A model generated the notes under the pieces. That model saw only the letters and a program-made list of their open reading frames with translations, was not told the origin of the DNA and ran no database searches. 64,000 nt of DNA from Piromyces finnis finn (lineage: Eukaryota; Fungi; Neocallimastigomycota). Within the stretch, counting starts at the first letter, position 1, and every line of letters starts with the position of its first letter. Below, in pieces: positions 28,991-42,765 of this stretch. The DNA lies in assembly GCA_002104945.1 (NCBI GenBank), contig MCFH01000009.1:62001-126000 (forward strand), written 5' to 3'. The translations under genes were made by a program, and so were the position numbers.

Positions 28991-30957
28991 TTATATAAGT
29001 TCACCAATGCATGCTAATAAAAGATTTTTGTAATCCTTGTCGCTAATTTTACCATCAATACGTTCAGCTAATGTCTTATTATATAGTTTTTGATAATCTT
29101 TTTTAATTCTTTCCATAAGTGCTGGTTCGCGGTAACAGACTATTAATCTTATTAATTTGTCATTTCTTGTTCCTAATCCCTTCATTGAATTTTCAATTCT
29201 GTTTCAATAGACAATATTTTTTTTATTAGGATATTTGATAATATTTAGAATGTATAATATTATTTTTTTTTTTTTTGACTTACTGTTCAGCAATATATTG
29301 ACTTAAGTTTTTTGTAGTTTTCACTATATTATTTGAATTTATAAATATTTTTTATATATTAATATTATATTTGTTTAATGAAAAAAAATCTAAATTAAAA
29401 TTATTAAAAAAAAAAAAAAAAAAGTATTTTATACCTATGGCTAGTAAAGTTTTTTTAATATCTCCAGAAAATTCGCTTTTAATAGCACTTTCCATTGAAT
29501 TGGAATACTTTTGTTGATACATTTCGAATATTTGTATTAAATGACTGTAAGGACGATTAGTAAGAATTTCACTAAATATAATTTTTGAATTTTGATTTTA
29601 AAATATAAAAATAATATAAATATTATATATTTATAACATTTTTTTTAAAAATATATATTATTAGTATATTTACATAAAAACATCTTCATCAGTCCCAACT
29701 TTTCCTTCTCCCGATCTATATAATGTAAAAACATCTTCAGAAGCATCTTTATCATTGAATTGGAAATCATTTTCATTTCTATTTGCTTTAAGAATACTGA
29801 CTAATGCATTTCTATAATCACCACTAGTATCTCCTCTTACATCTTCTTCAAGATTTTTATTATAAGTTTCTTTATAAGTCTTGTTTAATAATGCAATATC
29901 AGAATTACGCAATCATCATCTGTACCTAAACCTTTAATCGCATTTCTAAGATACCAAACATCATTTTCTAATACGGTTCTTGATAATGATGAACATAATT
30001 TTTCAAAATCCCCTTTAGTTACTTCTTTAACATATGATTCTAAAGTTCTTTCTTCTTTTTTTTTTTTTTTGAAAAAAAAATTAAAATTATTTTATTAATT
30101 ATAAATAGTGTTATTCATTAATTGAAGAGAAAAGTTATGAAATTTAATGATTTTCTTTTATTTATACATACTATCTTCTTTTTTAAATTCAATAATGATT
30201 TGATTCATAACTAATGGTAGATATCTTGATAAAAAGTCTATTAATTTCTATAATAAATAATAGAGATAATATTAATATTACATATATTTATATATATAAT
30301 CATATTTTAATGTACATATCACATACACTATAATCTCTCATATCCTTTTTTGTATTTTTTAAAGAAGAATAAATCTCTCTAAATTCATTAAAAATAATTG
30401 GAAAATCAGAGGAATTTAATGGTATTCTATAATTTATTTTTGTTTGTTTTTTTGACTTTTTTTTAAAAATTTTACTTACTGATTAGTATCAGCATAATTC
30501 ATTGCAACACCATAATTAGGATTAGCATTAATATCCTTATATAAAGTATCAAGATTATTGGTTAAAAGAGAATTGTTCAAAGATATACTACCTATACCAT
30601 TTTGGATTTGTAGTTGTTGAAGATATTGTAATTTTAATTGTAATTGTTGCACATTTTTTTGATCATCTATTGCTAATACTGGACTTATCATAGTTGGTGA
30701 ACCTGCCATTGTTAATTGTTGGTTTTGTTGTTATTGTTGTATCATTTGAATTCTACTTTGTAAATTTTGAATTTCATTTTGTATAATTTGAAGTTGGATA
30801 TTATTATCATTATTATTTTGATTTAGATTTAATACACCAAATTGTGAACTGAAAGAAAGTTGATAACCGAAACTTGTACTATGAGGAATGCCTGATAAAA
30901 CATAATTATTCATAGATATGAAACTATTTTGAGTAAGGTTTCCATCATAAGTTATAC
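28991..30957 (-). pseudogene. Annexin (4 repeats, Gln-rich N-terminus) with a frameshift and an in-frame stop
   Basis: Annexin motifs AIKGLGTDDD, GDTSGDYRNAL, GEGKVGTDEDVF, SEFSGDIKKTLLAI and MKGLGTRNDKLIRLIV lie across 7 spliceable exons. The frame breaks at about 29911, right after GTDDD(C), and a TAA sits in a CAA run at 30731-30733. An assembly error is not excluded. Confidence 0.7.
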
Positions 30958-31773
30958 CTTTATATTTTTTTTTAATTTAATTTTTAATAATTAAAAGTGT
31001 TTTATTGTTTTATTAATTATTTTTTCCTTCATCCTTCCTCTCTCTTCTTGATCTAATATCAAAAGAAAAAGAAAAAAAATAATTTTACTTTTATTGAGGA
31101 AGAATAATATTATATATAATATTAAAAGATGCTTTCTAATAAAAAACAAATAGAGTACACATAATTATTAAAAATAAAAAAGACTAGTGAAATATTTAAA
31201 TAATAAGTATGCTAGATAGATCACAGAATTATATTTTATATTTTCCAATGAATAAAAAGTAAATTATTACTTTTTTTTTTCCCCCTTTTTCTTTGTTTTA
31301 ATTATTTTTAAAAAAATTTTTAAGACATTTTGCCATGTATTTTAACACAATAGTATATAGAACATAACTTTGTTATTCTTTTGTTATACCAGTAATGGTG
31401 TCAGTGGTCTCAATACCCGAAAACAAGGGTAGTTTGACTTTGACAGATATTCCCCATTAACAATTCCTTTTTGAGAACCGGACTTCATACCATTCAACAT
31501 CCTGCAGATAATGAAAACGATATCATAATTTTCAGATGACTAACAAATGAGATAGTATATGAAATTTTAAATTGTCCTTTTAGGTTTAGGCAAACTTATA
31601 CTTGACTGTAATTTTTAAATTGTGATTAATCCATATTTATTTAAAAATATTTTAATATAGCCCATTAATTTTAAATTTTATAAAAAAATTTAATTAAAAA
31701 AAAAAAAAAAGTTAATTTAATAAAGATTTTATATATATTTTTAAAGTTTTAATTTTTTTTCTTATAAGAAAAA

Positions 31774-32012
31774 ATGAAAACTGTTCAACTTTACGACATT
31801 CCAAAATTTGACCAAATTATTGAAGAGCAAGTAGCTACTGGAAATCCAGTTTTTACTGTATTTTTATGTAACGTCAAGCTAATAAAAAAAGAATATAAAA
31901 ATATGTATTATTAAATTAAAAGAAAAAAAATAAAATAATAATAAAAAAATTTTCAAAATTTCATTTTCATATTTCATTCTAATTCCATTTTAAAATTTCA
32001 TTTTATCATGAA

Positions 32013-32082
<70 letters not shown>

Positions 32083-33143
32083 TTTTCTCCTTCAATATTA
32101 TTATACATTTTTAAAAATTACTATAAATAATATTACTTTCTACAGCTGATATTGACCCAGAAACCAGCCAATATTGGTGTCCAGATTGTGTTCAAGGTAT
32201 GAAATTTTAATGGTTTTTTTCTTTTATTATTTTTAGTTATTTTATAAAAATAAAAAGAAAAATAAATAAAGATAATGATAAAATATATGCGAGCATTTTA
32301 TTGTAAAAGCAATAAAATAAATGTATTTTAAAATAATGATAAAATTACATTATATATGTCAAATTGTTTTTTTTTTATATATATTTGTAATTTATAATTA
32401 TTTGTATATGATATATTCTATTTTTATTTATTTATTTGTTATTACTTGTTATCACTATTATCATTGTATTATATTTATGTTATATTAAATATAAATATTA
32501 TAAATATTTATTATATTTCATTTATATTAATAGCTGACCCATACATTCGTAAAGCTGTTGGTAGTATTGACAATGCCATTTTAGTTGAATGCTTTGTTGG
32601 ACCAAAATCAGGGTAAAGGATAATTAATAAATAACAAATATTTTCCATATCAAATTTATAGGATAGATTTGATATTTCTCTTGAAATAGACTTTGATATA
32701 TATTATATATATATATATATCGTTCTTTTAACCTATAAACAAATTATTATCTTTTTAAAATATTTCAATACTAGTTACAAAAATGTTCCAACCCATCCTT
32801 ATCGTGTTCACCCAAAAGTTCAATTAAAAGCTATTCCAACTATTATGTTATGGAACAAGGTAAAAAATAAAATATATAGAAACTGATAAAATATAATATA
32901 AAATATTAAAAAAAAAAAAATAAAAGTATATCTGTTAATATTATATATAAATATTTATATTTATATTATTTATTCGTATTATTAATAAATTTATATCTAT
33001 ATTTTATATCTCATATTTATTCATATTCCCTCCCTTTTTTTTTTTTTTTTTTTTCGATATAGGATGGTTTAGTGAAATCCTTAATTATTGAAACTATAGA
33101 ACAATGTGAAATGTTGGATGAATTTGTTAAATCAATTAATTAA
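31774..33143 (+). CDS. Thioredoxin-domain protein 17-like (TRP14/DUF953 type), 5 exons
   Basis: Spliced protein: MKTVQLYDIPKF...SDIDPETSQYWCPDCVQADPYIRK...HPKVQLKAIPTIMLW...EFVKSIN*. The WCPDC active site is characteristic of this family. Confidence 0.88.
32021..32081. repeat. (AAT)n microsatellite in an intron
   Basis: Direct reading. Confidence 0.9.
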
Positions 33144-33480
33144 AATTGTTAAATTTATAGAATTAACAATATGAATAATATAAAATGTTCACACGAAAAC
33201 CAAAAAAGCTCTCTTTCAAATTTTGGTTAATAATAGTATATATATAAGATTTAATTATTAAATATTATTTGCAAGTTTTATTAAAAAAAAATTTTTTTTT
33301 CTTAAATAAATTATATTTATGTACAACATTTTTTTAAGACTATAAACATATGAAATTGATGTGTTTTAATAAGCATTTTAAAATAATTAAAAAATGATTA
33401 TTAAATGTTGTTTTAATTGTTATATATATTACTAAAAATTATTATTACTTATTTACAAAAAATAAGATGATAATCTATAT

Positions 33481-33518
<38 letters not shown>

Positions 33519-33789
33519 TGGTGACTTGAAACTAAATAAAAAAAATATATAAACATTTTTTAAAATTTTAAAAAAGAAAAGTTATTATAAAAATCATATA
33601 AATTTATAAGAGTTTGATATATTTTTTGTGTATAAATATATGAAATAATATAGCTGCAGCAACAATATAAAAAAAAAAAAGATAAAAAGAAAAAGATAGA
33701 AAATTATTGTTAATTTTTTTTTCTCATAATAATACTGTATATTTTGTATCTTATGAAAATATATATATATATATTCTTATAATTTTTTT

Positions 33790-36700
33790 TTAATTTCTTT
33801 TTAATAAAGCTTTAAGTCTTTTTAATAATTGCCTTTCCTTAATATTATTTTCCGGTGGATTATTGACATTGCCTTCAAATATAGAATTATATTTTGATAA
33901 TTTTTCATCTTCATCTTCATCATTACCATTATCAAAACCTCTTTCTTCATCATCATCATTATCTTGGTCTTCTTTAAATGGATCATTTGGATAGTCACTA
34001 TTATCATCATCATATCCTTCATCATTTGTGGTGGTGACAGTATTTGGACAAACAACGCCAGATTCCATAGATTGAATTTCATCATAATCATCGTTATCCA
34101 TACCAAAAATTTGACCATCAAAACCAGAATTATATTTTTGTTCTGATACTTGCGTGGTGTTGGAAGATTTATCATCAATCATCATCTGACTGTTTTTTTC
34201 TTCAGTTTCAGGAACAACGGAATCATGATCAATCATCATTTGATCCTCTTCATGAATAGATGTAGTAGTAATGTGAGTAAGGTGGGTATGGGATTGAGAA
34301 TGACGACGACTTCTACCGCCAGAAGAGTTTACAGGTGATCGAAGAATTGAGCCATCTTCAGTATATTGCATTAATTCTGGATGTATTTTCATTTGATGTG
34401 TTTTTAAATTACCTGATTGAGTAAAAGTCTTATCACACCATTCACAAACAAATGGACGAACTCCTTGATGAACTAATTCATGTTGTTTTAAATTACCAGA
34501 TTGAGTAAACGTTTTGAAACAAATAGGACAAGTAAATGGTCTTTCTCCTGTATGTTTTCTCTGATGAGTTTTCAAATTACCTTGTTGAGCAAAAGATTTA
34601 TTACAATAAGAACAAACAAATGGTCTTTCTCCTGTATGTTTTCTTTGGTGAATTCTTAAATGAGCCAATTGAACAAAACATTTATTTGGCTTACAAAGTT
34701 CACAAACATAATCCTTGGAGCAACTCATGCTACGACTCTTTCTTCTTTGAAGAGCAGTATGTGGAACTGGGTGACCATTGTGATAAAGTTTTGGAGATGT
34801 TGAAGATGAAGAAGAAGTGGAAGATGAAGCAGATGGTGATTGAGGAGAAGATGGAATGGTAGAAGCAGTGAAACTATGGAGAATAGGCTTTTTATCCATG
34901 GCATTTTTATTATTAATAGTATTGATAGTAATGGTTGGGAGTGACATTGGTGGTATTGATATTGGCATTGGAAGAGACATTGCTAGATTAGTGGAATTAG
35001 TTATTTCTGGTTTTTTATCTTCATCCATGTCATTACCCTTACTCGTTGTCGATTCAATGTTGTTCATCTTTTTTCCATTTTCCATTATTTTTTGACTTTG
35101 AATATTTTTAGTGAGAAGTGAAGAAGAAGATGTATTACGATTACAAGTATCTAATTTAGAAAAGATATTAGTATCCTTACAAAAGCCCTTTTCATTTTCC
35201 TCTTCTTTAATGGAAGATGGTAGAGAAGTATAATTACTATTCTTTTCTTCAGAAGAATTTTGTGGTATAAAAAGCTTAGCTTCTTGGGAAGCTACAGTAC
35301 AAAGGGTAGATAAACTTGAAGCCGGTAAAGTATTTGATTTCATTACAGGAGAAGATCCAGAATTAGAATGAATATTTAAATTGGAAAAAGGTATAGAAAT
35401 AGGGAGAAGTGGAGAGGTAGCCATATTAGTAGAAGGTGATGTAGATTCTAAACCAACCATATCATGATCCTTATTACCTTGATCATTTTCTCTTTTTATA
35501 TTAGTGGTATTATTAATACCATTATTTAATTTATTAATATTATTTACATTGTTAGTATTGATCATATTGAATAAAGAATTAACTGTAGAACTCTTTGGAT
35601 CATAACTATGAGAAATAGAAGTTCTTCTATGATTTTTAGATATAGTCATTGGATCTTTTTTAATTGGCAACTTTTTTTTGGATTTAGTATTTGGAGAAGT
35701 TGATAGTTTTGAATTTTTAAATTTTAGAGATGATGAAGAATGTTTTGATTTTGTCTTGTTAGATGGGAATGAACTATTAATATTAATTGGATTAGTGGTA
35801 GAACTAGCATTTAACCCATTATGTAAAATGGAATGTGAAGAAGGTATAGTAAATGGGTTAACAATAAGTGGATTATTTGGCTGTTGTTGTTGCTGTTGTT
35901 GTAAAAACTGAATAAATTGATTAGTTAATAAACTATTATTTAATAACAAAGCTATAAACCCAATATACATATATTATTATAATAGTATGGATCAATATTA
36001 TATATATATATAAATAAATAAAAACATACAATTATTAGGAATATTTAAGAAAAATACTTTTTTTTTTTATAATATACTTTTAGTATTTACCATTTGTAGC
36101 TACATTATCTGATTTAGGGAGTAAAGATGAATTGATTTGTGGTGATGGATTTATTTTAGTATCTTTTGATGAGTTTTTATTAGTAGAAGATGGATTAGTT
36201 GATTGAGTATTAGTTGTTTTATTAGTTTTATTATTTCCACCATTTAATATTTGCTGGTTAGCATTAGCTAAAGCAGCAGCAAGATAAGGTAAACTAATAT
36301 TAGGAGGTAGGAACGATAGTGGATTTGGAGGAATTGTACTTGGTGCTGAACTAGCTAACTTTGTTTTGGATGTAGCATTATTAGTAGCTTCAGAAGAGGT
36401 GGTTGGCATTGATACTGGATTTGAGGTAGTAGATGGAATATTGGTATCATTAGCTGTATTATTTCTAGAAGGATCGGCAGTGCTATTGGAAGTTATTGGT
36501 GTATCGACAGCATTATTGGCAGTATTAGTATTATTTTTATTTACAAAAGTATTACCTGAATTTGAATTATTTGCGTTAATTGAAGCTAAAGCTTGAGCAA
36601 AGTAAGGAGAAGACATAAGGAGCTGTAGTGAAAAAAGTTGTTGTTGCGCTGCTACAACAGCAGAATTAGTATTTGAATAAACAAATGGTGATTGACATGG

Positions 36701-36859
36701 TAATATAAAAGGATGTGATGGTTTTGGTTGTATATTGACTAAATTTTTAGTAGAAGAGGAAAAAGCCGCTGACTTACTCTTATTATTGTGTTTTTTAGAG
36801 TGTGAGAGTTTGGCTTTAGTACTATTTATTCCATTATCGGATTTTACTACAATGGTCAT
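33790..36859 (-). CDS. C2H2 zinc-finger transcription factor, 4 fingers, Azf1-like; 2 exons
   Basis: Exon 1 (36859-36091) joins exon 2 (35951-33790) in phase. Four fingers have TGERP-type linkers and helices QLAHL, QQGNL, QSGNL and QSGNL, flanked by S/N/Q-rich and acidic regions. Confidence 0.9.
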
Positions 36860-39800
36860 TTTGTATTTAAGTTAAAGTAGAAACAACAAAATATTTTTTT
36901 ATAATATTATTTATAAAAATATTGTTTTGTTTTTTTCTTAAAAAAAAAGTTAATAATATTCTTTTTCCTGTTAACTATCAAAGTTTTTTTGGTTGATATT
37001 ATTTTATTTGTTTTTCTTTTTTCAATTGTATTCTTTTTTTAAAAAAAAAAAAAAAGTGATAAATAAATATATAAAAGTATATAATAAAAAAATAAAAAAA
37101 GGTTATTCATAATTGTTTTTAATATTTAGAGTTTTACTATACATAAAAAATAACAAAAAAAAAAAAAAATAGGAAAGAATTGTAAATTATATTATTATTT
37201 CAATTTTTACTTTTTTTATTTTTATTATTTGTTGCTAATAGCTTTGATATACCTATGCTATTACAGCATTTATTGTAATGAATATTTTTTATTCTTTTTA
37301 TTTATTAATATAAATAATAAACTATTTAACCACTATTATATATTCTTTTTAATTCTATTTATAAAAACCATTTATAAAATATATTTATTTCGAATATTTT
37401 TTTATTAAAAGTATTCTTTCTCTGTTTTTATGATACTTTTATTTGCTTTGTATTTCCTTCTTCCTTCTCTTTTCAATAAAAATATTTTTTATCTGTATAT
37501 TAAATTTGCTTGTAATATTTCTTTTTATCCATAATTTCTTGAAATAAATATTTTCAATTAATAATACATTTTTTCTTTTTTTTTCAATTACGTTTCTCTT
37601 TTAAATATATTTATTGCTTTTAATATTTATATAACTTTAATAAAGATATTTACATTTATATAATATTTATTTTATTAATAAATAAAAATGAAATTGTTTC
37701 AATTGACAGATGAAAAAGAAATATACTTTTAAAAAAAAAATTATAAAAACCAAATCAATTAATATTTATTTAAATTTTTTTTTTTTAATTTGATATTACC
37801 AAAAAAAATAAATAAATAAAAACAATTTTTGTACTTAATCAATAAATGGAAAAAGTGTCCAAAAAAAAGAATCATCATTTCAATAATTAATAAATAAAAT
37901 TACATAATAAAAAATAAGAAAATAAAAACGAATCATTCATATATAAACTTTAAAATATATAAACCATATATAATAAATAGTATTAATATATTTATTTATT
38001 CACATTACTTATATATTAATATATATTATTAAATATATTATCATTAGTTTTATGACTTTTTTAGATAGAAAACTTTATTTCCTAATATTTTAAATTTATT
38101 TTGGCAGAGACACACTTCAAATTTTTCATTTAATTAATAGTTTATATTATAATTAATTGAATAATATATTATATATTAATATTTATTCAATAATATTATA
38201 TCAATATTGGCAATATATTAATAGATATACTAATAAAATTCACTAAAACTTTATTGTATATAAAATTAAATTATATTGTTTAGTATATTAAAATTCTATT
38301 GAGTTTATCATTTATTAAATAAAATAATAAATTTAATATATTATGTTTCAATTAATAATATTAAAAAAACGAATGGAAATGAAAAAATAAAAAAAAAACC
38401 TCATGAATCATTGCCTACTAAATACTATTAATTAGCCTGAAAGTCAGCCTACTCAACAGCTAACCAACAAAAAATCATTAAAGCCTACTTTTGAAATAAA
38501 AAAATAAATAAATAAAACTATTATAGCTCCTATAATAGCATTACTTCTTTAATGTATTGTTCTTACCAACAACTTTAATAGCCTTTATATTTAAAAAGTG
38601 ATAAGAAATAATTAAATTAACCCTAATTCCAATTCCATAATTGATAAAAAAATCACTAAAAATAAATAATGATAATAATCAACTATAAAAAATAAGCGAA
38701 TGAATATTATAATAGTTAAATAAATGATGGAGAATAGGAAATTTTTTACCTCCTTATATCATTATCAAAAGAAAATACTTTACCAAATTCTTATCATTTT
38801 TTTAGCGTATTACTATTTCTTTCTTTTAATAACTTTTGTTTTGTCACAAGTATCGAATTTTAATTAGTTTTAATATAGTCTATGATCATACTTTTATGCT
38901 CAGGAGATATAAAAGCGTGAACATGAACCATTTAGAATAAAACAAACTAAAAAAAAGTTTTAAATTCATTAAATAGCATCACAAGAATGCATAATACAAA
39001 AATTAACACCAAAAAACGATAAAATAAATCAATGGATGAATAAATATATAAATTAATAAATAATTTGAAATTATAGAAAAGAATAAATTAATTTTCATGA
39101 TAATAAATTGAAATTTAAAAAAATGAAATTGTAGAAATATTTAGAATGTAATAGAATATGAATATATTGTTTAATATATTATATGATATATTAATTTACA
39201 TTGATTAGTATAATTTATGATAAAAATTCGTTCATTTTTTTCTTAACTCGTATATCAATCTAAAGTTGAATTAATTTTATTATATACATTATTAATATTA
39301 TATTATATTATAATATTTAATTTATTATTTACATATATTAAAAGTTTAAAAAGTTAATAAAAATAATATGTTATTTTGACAGAGTATTTATTAATTAATT
39401 TAATCATATAATGAATATATTAGGAAAGTTTAAATTAAAAAAGTATAATTTTAATTAAATATATTCATTCTTTATTTAATATAATTAACTCTTATTTTAT
39501 GGTAATTATATTTAATTATTTATTTTTCATATATTATAATATATTATTATTAATCAAACAATTCAACTATAAATCATACATCTCACCCGGTGAATTCTAC
39601 AATATAATAGAATAGAATGTGATAATATAAATTAAAACTAATAAAATATATTTTAATATATTTTAATATATTAGAATTGAATAAATGAATGAATACTCTT
39701 TTTTTTAATTATAATAAACAAAAATCAAATTTAATATTAAACCAGGCCATGATACCATATGATACACTAGGCTAACTTATAGAAAGGAAGAATTCAAAGG

Positions 39801-41554
39801 TATAGAAGAAAGAGCACCTTTCTATTTTATCACTGTTTAAATAATATAAACCTTTTTATATCAATTAGAAACTAAAAGAAAAAAAAACTATTTTATTTAA
39901 TTATTTTTTAATAAACTTTAAAAAAAGAGTTTAATTTTTTTCTAATAAATTTTTCAATCATCAAAGTTACTTCACCCAATCATTTCTTGTTTATCGCCTG
40001 TTCTTTATTGAGTAGAATTTTTTAAAGTATTTTAAAATGAACTTTAAAAGAAAATGGTTATCAATCTTTAAGGCACAGGGATTGGTAGAGAGAAAAAAAG
40101 ATGTTTTATAATGATTTATTATTTGTTTTTTTTTTTTTTTTAAAAAAAAAATAAACTTTTAGAATATAAATATAAATCTTAAGATAAAAATAAAAACTAA
40201 AAATAATCTTGAATGAAATATTATTTCTTTATATATGAATATTAATACAGTATTTTCGATGCATGGTTCAACTTTTTTTTTACCTTTATTAAACTCTAGG
40301 ATTACAAAATTTCTATTTCTTTTTTTCATTTTTACAAAAAATATTGAACCTTCCTTCTTTTTACCTTTTAGGATAGTAGTTATAGTAGTTGGTGGTACAA
40401 AAAAAAGTAATATTTTTTTCATTATTGATTTATTTATATATAAATGTATCCATTTATTTTAATTATAATATTAATCCACATTCTATAATTCATTGATTTA
40501 TATAAGCATGATGTATATCACATGATTTAACTCATGATATAAGTTTCTTTTATGTTGTAGTAATTTAATATTAGTTTATTTATAATTTATTATATTAGGT
40601 GAAAAATATTTTATTACTATTAACTTCTCTCTTATTAATAATTTCACTTATACTATTTTCTTATTAATTATTAAAACTCTTCTCTCTAATTATTAATTAT
40701 TTTTACATGAATATTTTTATATTATAAAATTCCTATAATTGAATATCAATTATATAATGTAATGTATTCATAATATATGAATAATAATTAAATAGGATAT
40801 AGTATAATATATTTTACATTTTATATGAAATATTACTATATAAGGAAAGGTAATGTAATACAAATAAGTATTACAATAAAATTAATACTAATATATAATA
40901 TTAATATTTAAGAATATAATGAAATATGTACATGAATTCTATAACTAATATATAAATAATGTATTATAATATATATCAATTATTATATTATTATTATGAA
41001 ATATTATATATAAATTTCTAAAGATGAAATTGAATATTTTAAATAATAAAAATTATTTTAAATATTGGCTAATATGTAGCTAGACATATTAATTTCATAT
41101 CACTCATCACTACATAAATATTTCATATAAATTAATTAAACATAATTATAAATAATATATCTAATATAATAAATTAATTAAATAAATAATAATAAATGCA
41201 TTTATTTTCTTAATGTCACATTTATTATATTATTATAAAAAATAAAATATTATCTAAAAAAGGAAATAATGTAAAATAAAGAAATAAATAATTTTTTTAA
41301 CTATTCTATTAAAAAGAATAATCATAGGAAAATCCATTCATTCGATAAAAAAAAAAAAGAAATGAAAGAATAAGCAAAAAAGACTAATCACAAATACATT
41401 TTATGAATAAAATGTAATTTATTCAAACTGTAAAATTACTATTACTAATTAATTATATTAAATACTATTTTAAATACTGTTAGTGATAATTGACTTTTTA
41501 TATTATTAGAATGATGAATGACTGTTTTAATATAACTTAATTTGATTTTGTTTG

Positions 41555-41681
41555 AATATATTAATTTATATATTATTATATATAAGTAATATTTATTAAT
41601 AGTATTTAAACATGATTTTAAATATATTAATTTATATATTATTATATATAAGTAATATTTATTAATAATATTTAAACATGA
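41555..41681. repeat. About 66-bp direct tandem duplication
   Basis: AATATATTAATTTATATATTATTATATATAAGTAATATTTATTAAT(AG/AA)TATTTAAACATGA starts at about 41555 and about 41621. Confidence 0.75.
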
Positions 41682-41765
41682 GTAGAAAAAAAGAAGTTTG
41701 GTAATTAATATATGGAATATAATTTTTATTAATTAATATATATTATTATATATGTTATTGATATA

Positions 41766-41786
41766 TTTATTTATTTATTTATTTAC

Positions 41787-41845
<59 letters not shown>

Positions 41846-41848
41846 TTT
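41766..41848. repeat. (TTTA)n-type microsatellite
   Basis: Direct reading. Confidence 0.8.
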
Positions 41849-42371
41849 TTCTAGCTATTTATCCACCACCTTCTCTGGCAGATCTTACAATCTGATTAGC
41901 TAGATAATAATGTTAAATTAATCCTAAATTTTAACTGTCTATAAATATTGGTTCATCATAGTAGACTAATTTTATCTTCCGCCATATAAGAAAAAAAAAC
42001 TTAAAAATAATATTTCAGTTTAAAAAATAAATATTTATTTTAAACTTTTTATTATTATTTTCTTTTTTTTTATCTTTTTCTAGTATTATTATTATTATTT
42101 CTCTTTTTTTTTATTCTTATACATTTATTTATAATCAATCATATTTAGTTATGATGATAAAACAAGCCTCTTAACAACAAAACCATAATACTATTTAATA
42201 TAATAATAATGTCAAAAAAAAATTAATTAAAAATAAATATATCAAATAACTTTAAAAATCTAGTATTGTTATTTTATTAATAATCATATGAAGAGAAATA
42301 TTAATATTATTATTAGTAGCAGTATTGTTATTATTAACTATCATCACTACCTTTATTAGTAATAATTAATA

Positions 42372-42392
42372 CTAATTATTATTATGATTATG

Positions 42393-42427
<35 letters not shown>

Positions 42428-42485
42428 GTTTATGTTTATTATTATTATGTTTATTATGTTTATTATGTTTATTATTATTATTATG

Positions 42486-42541
<56 letters not shown>

Positions 42542-42563
42542 GTTTATTATTATTATTATTATG

Positions 42564-42628
<65 letters not shown>

Positions 42629-42629
42629 G

Positions 42630-42673
<44 letters not shown>

Positions 42674-42674
42674 G

Positions 42675-42712
<38 letters not shown>

Positions 42713-42765
42713 GTTTATTATTATTATTATTATGTTTACTATGTTTATTATTATTATTATTATTA
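42372..42765. repeat. Compound microsatellite: (ATT)n punctuated by ATGTTT
   Basis: About 390 bp of ATT runs repeatedly interrupted by ATGTTT. It produces the poly-Ile and poly-Asn ORFs in the track. Confidence 0.92.

Noticed and set aside
29880-29908. A 29-nt GT...AG intron that would repair the annexin frame
   Set aside because: It is much shorter than the other introns here, and it would delete annexin-like residues (NSDIALLNK) without restoring the missing helix.
30731-30733. TAA inside a CAA run read as Gln (ciliate-type recoding)
   Set aside because: TAA is the normal stop for the xylanase, RPL43, EMC4, SEY1 and the copia ORF, and no other gene needs read-through.
40159-40462. Opposing short ORFs of 87 and 75 aa
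   Set aside because: No motif, no splice context, and poly-A/T-driven composition.
41845-41990. Small GC-richer patch with an AREGGG peptide (possible LINE RT relic)
   Set aside because: It is too short and broken by stops to support a call.
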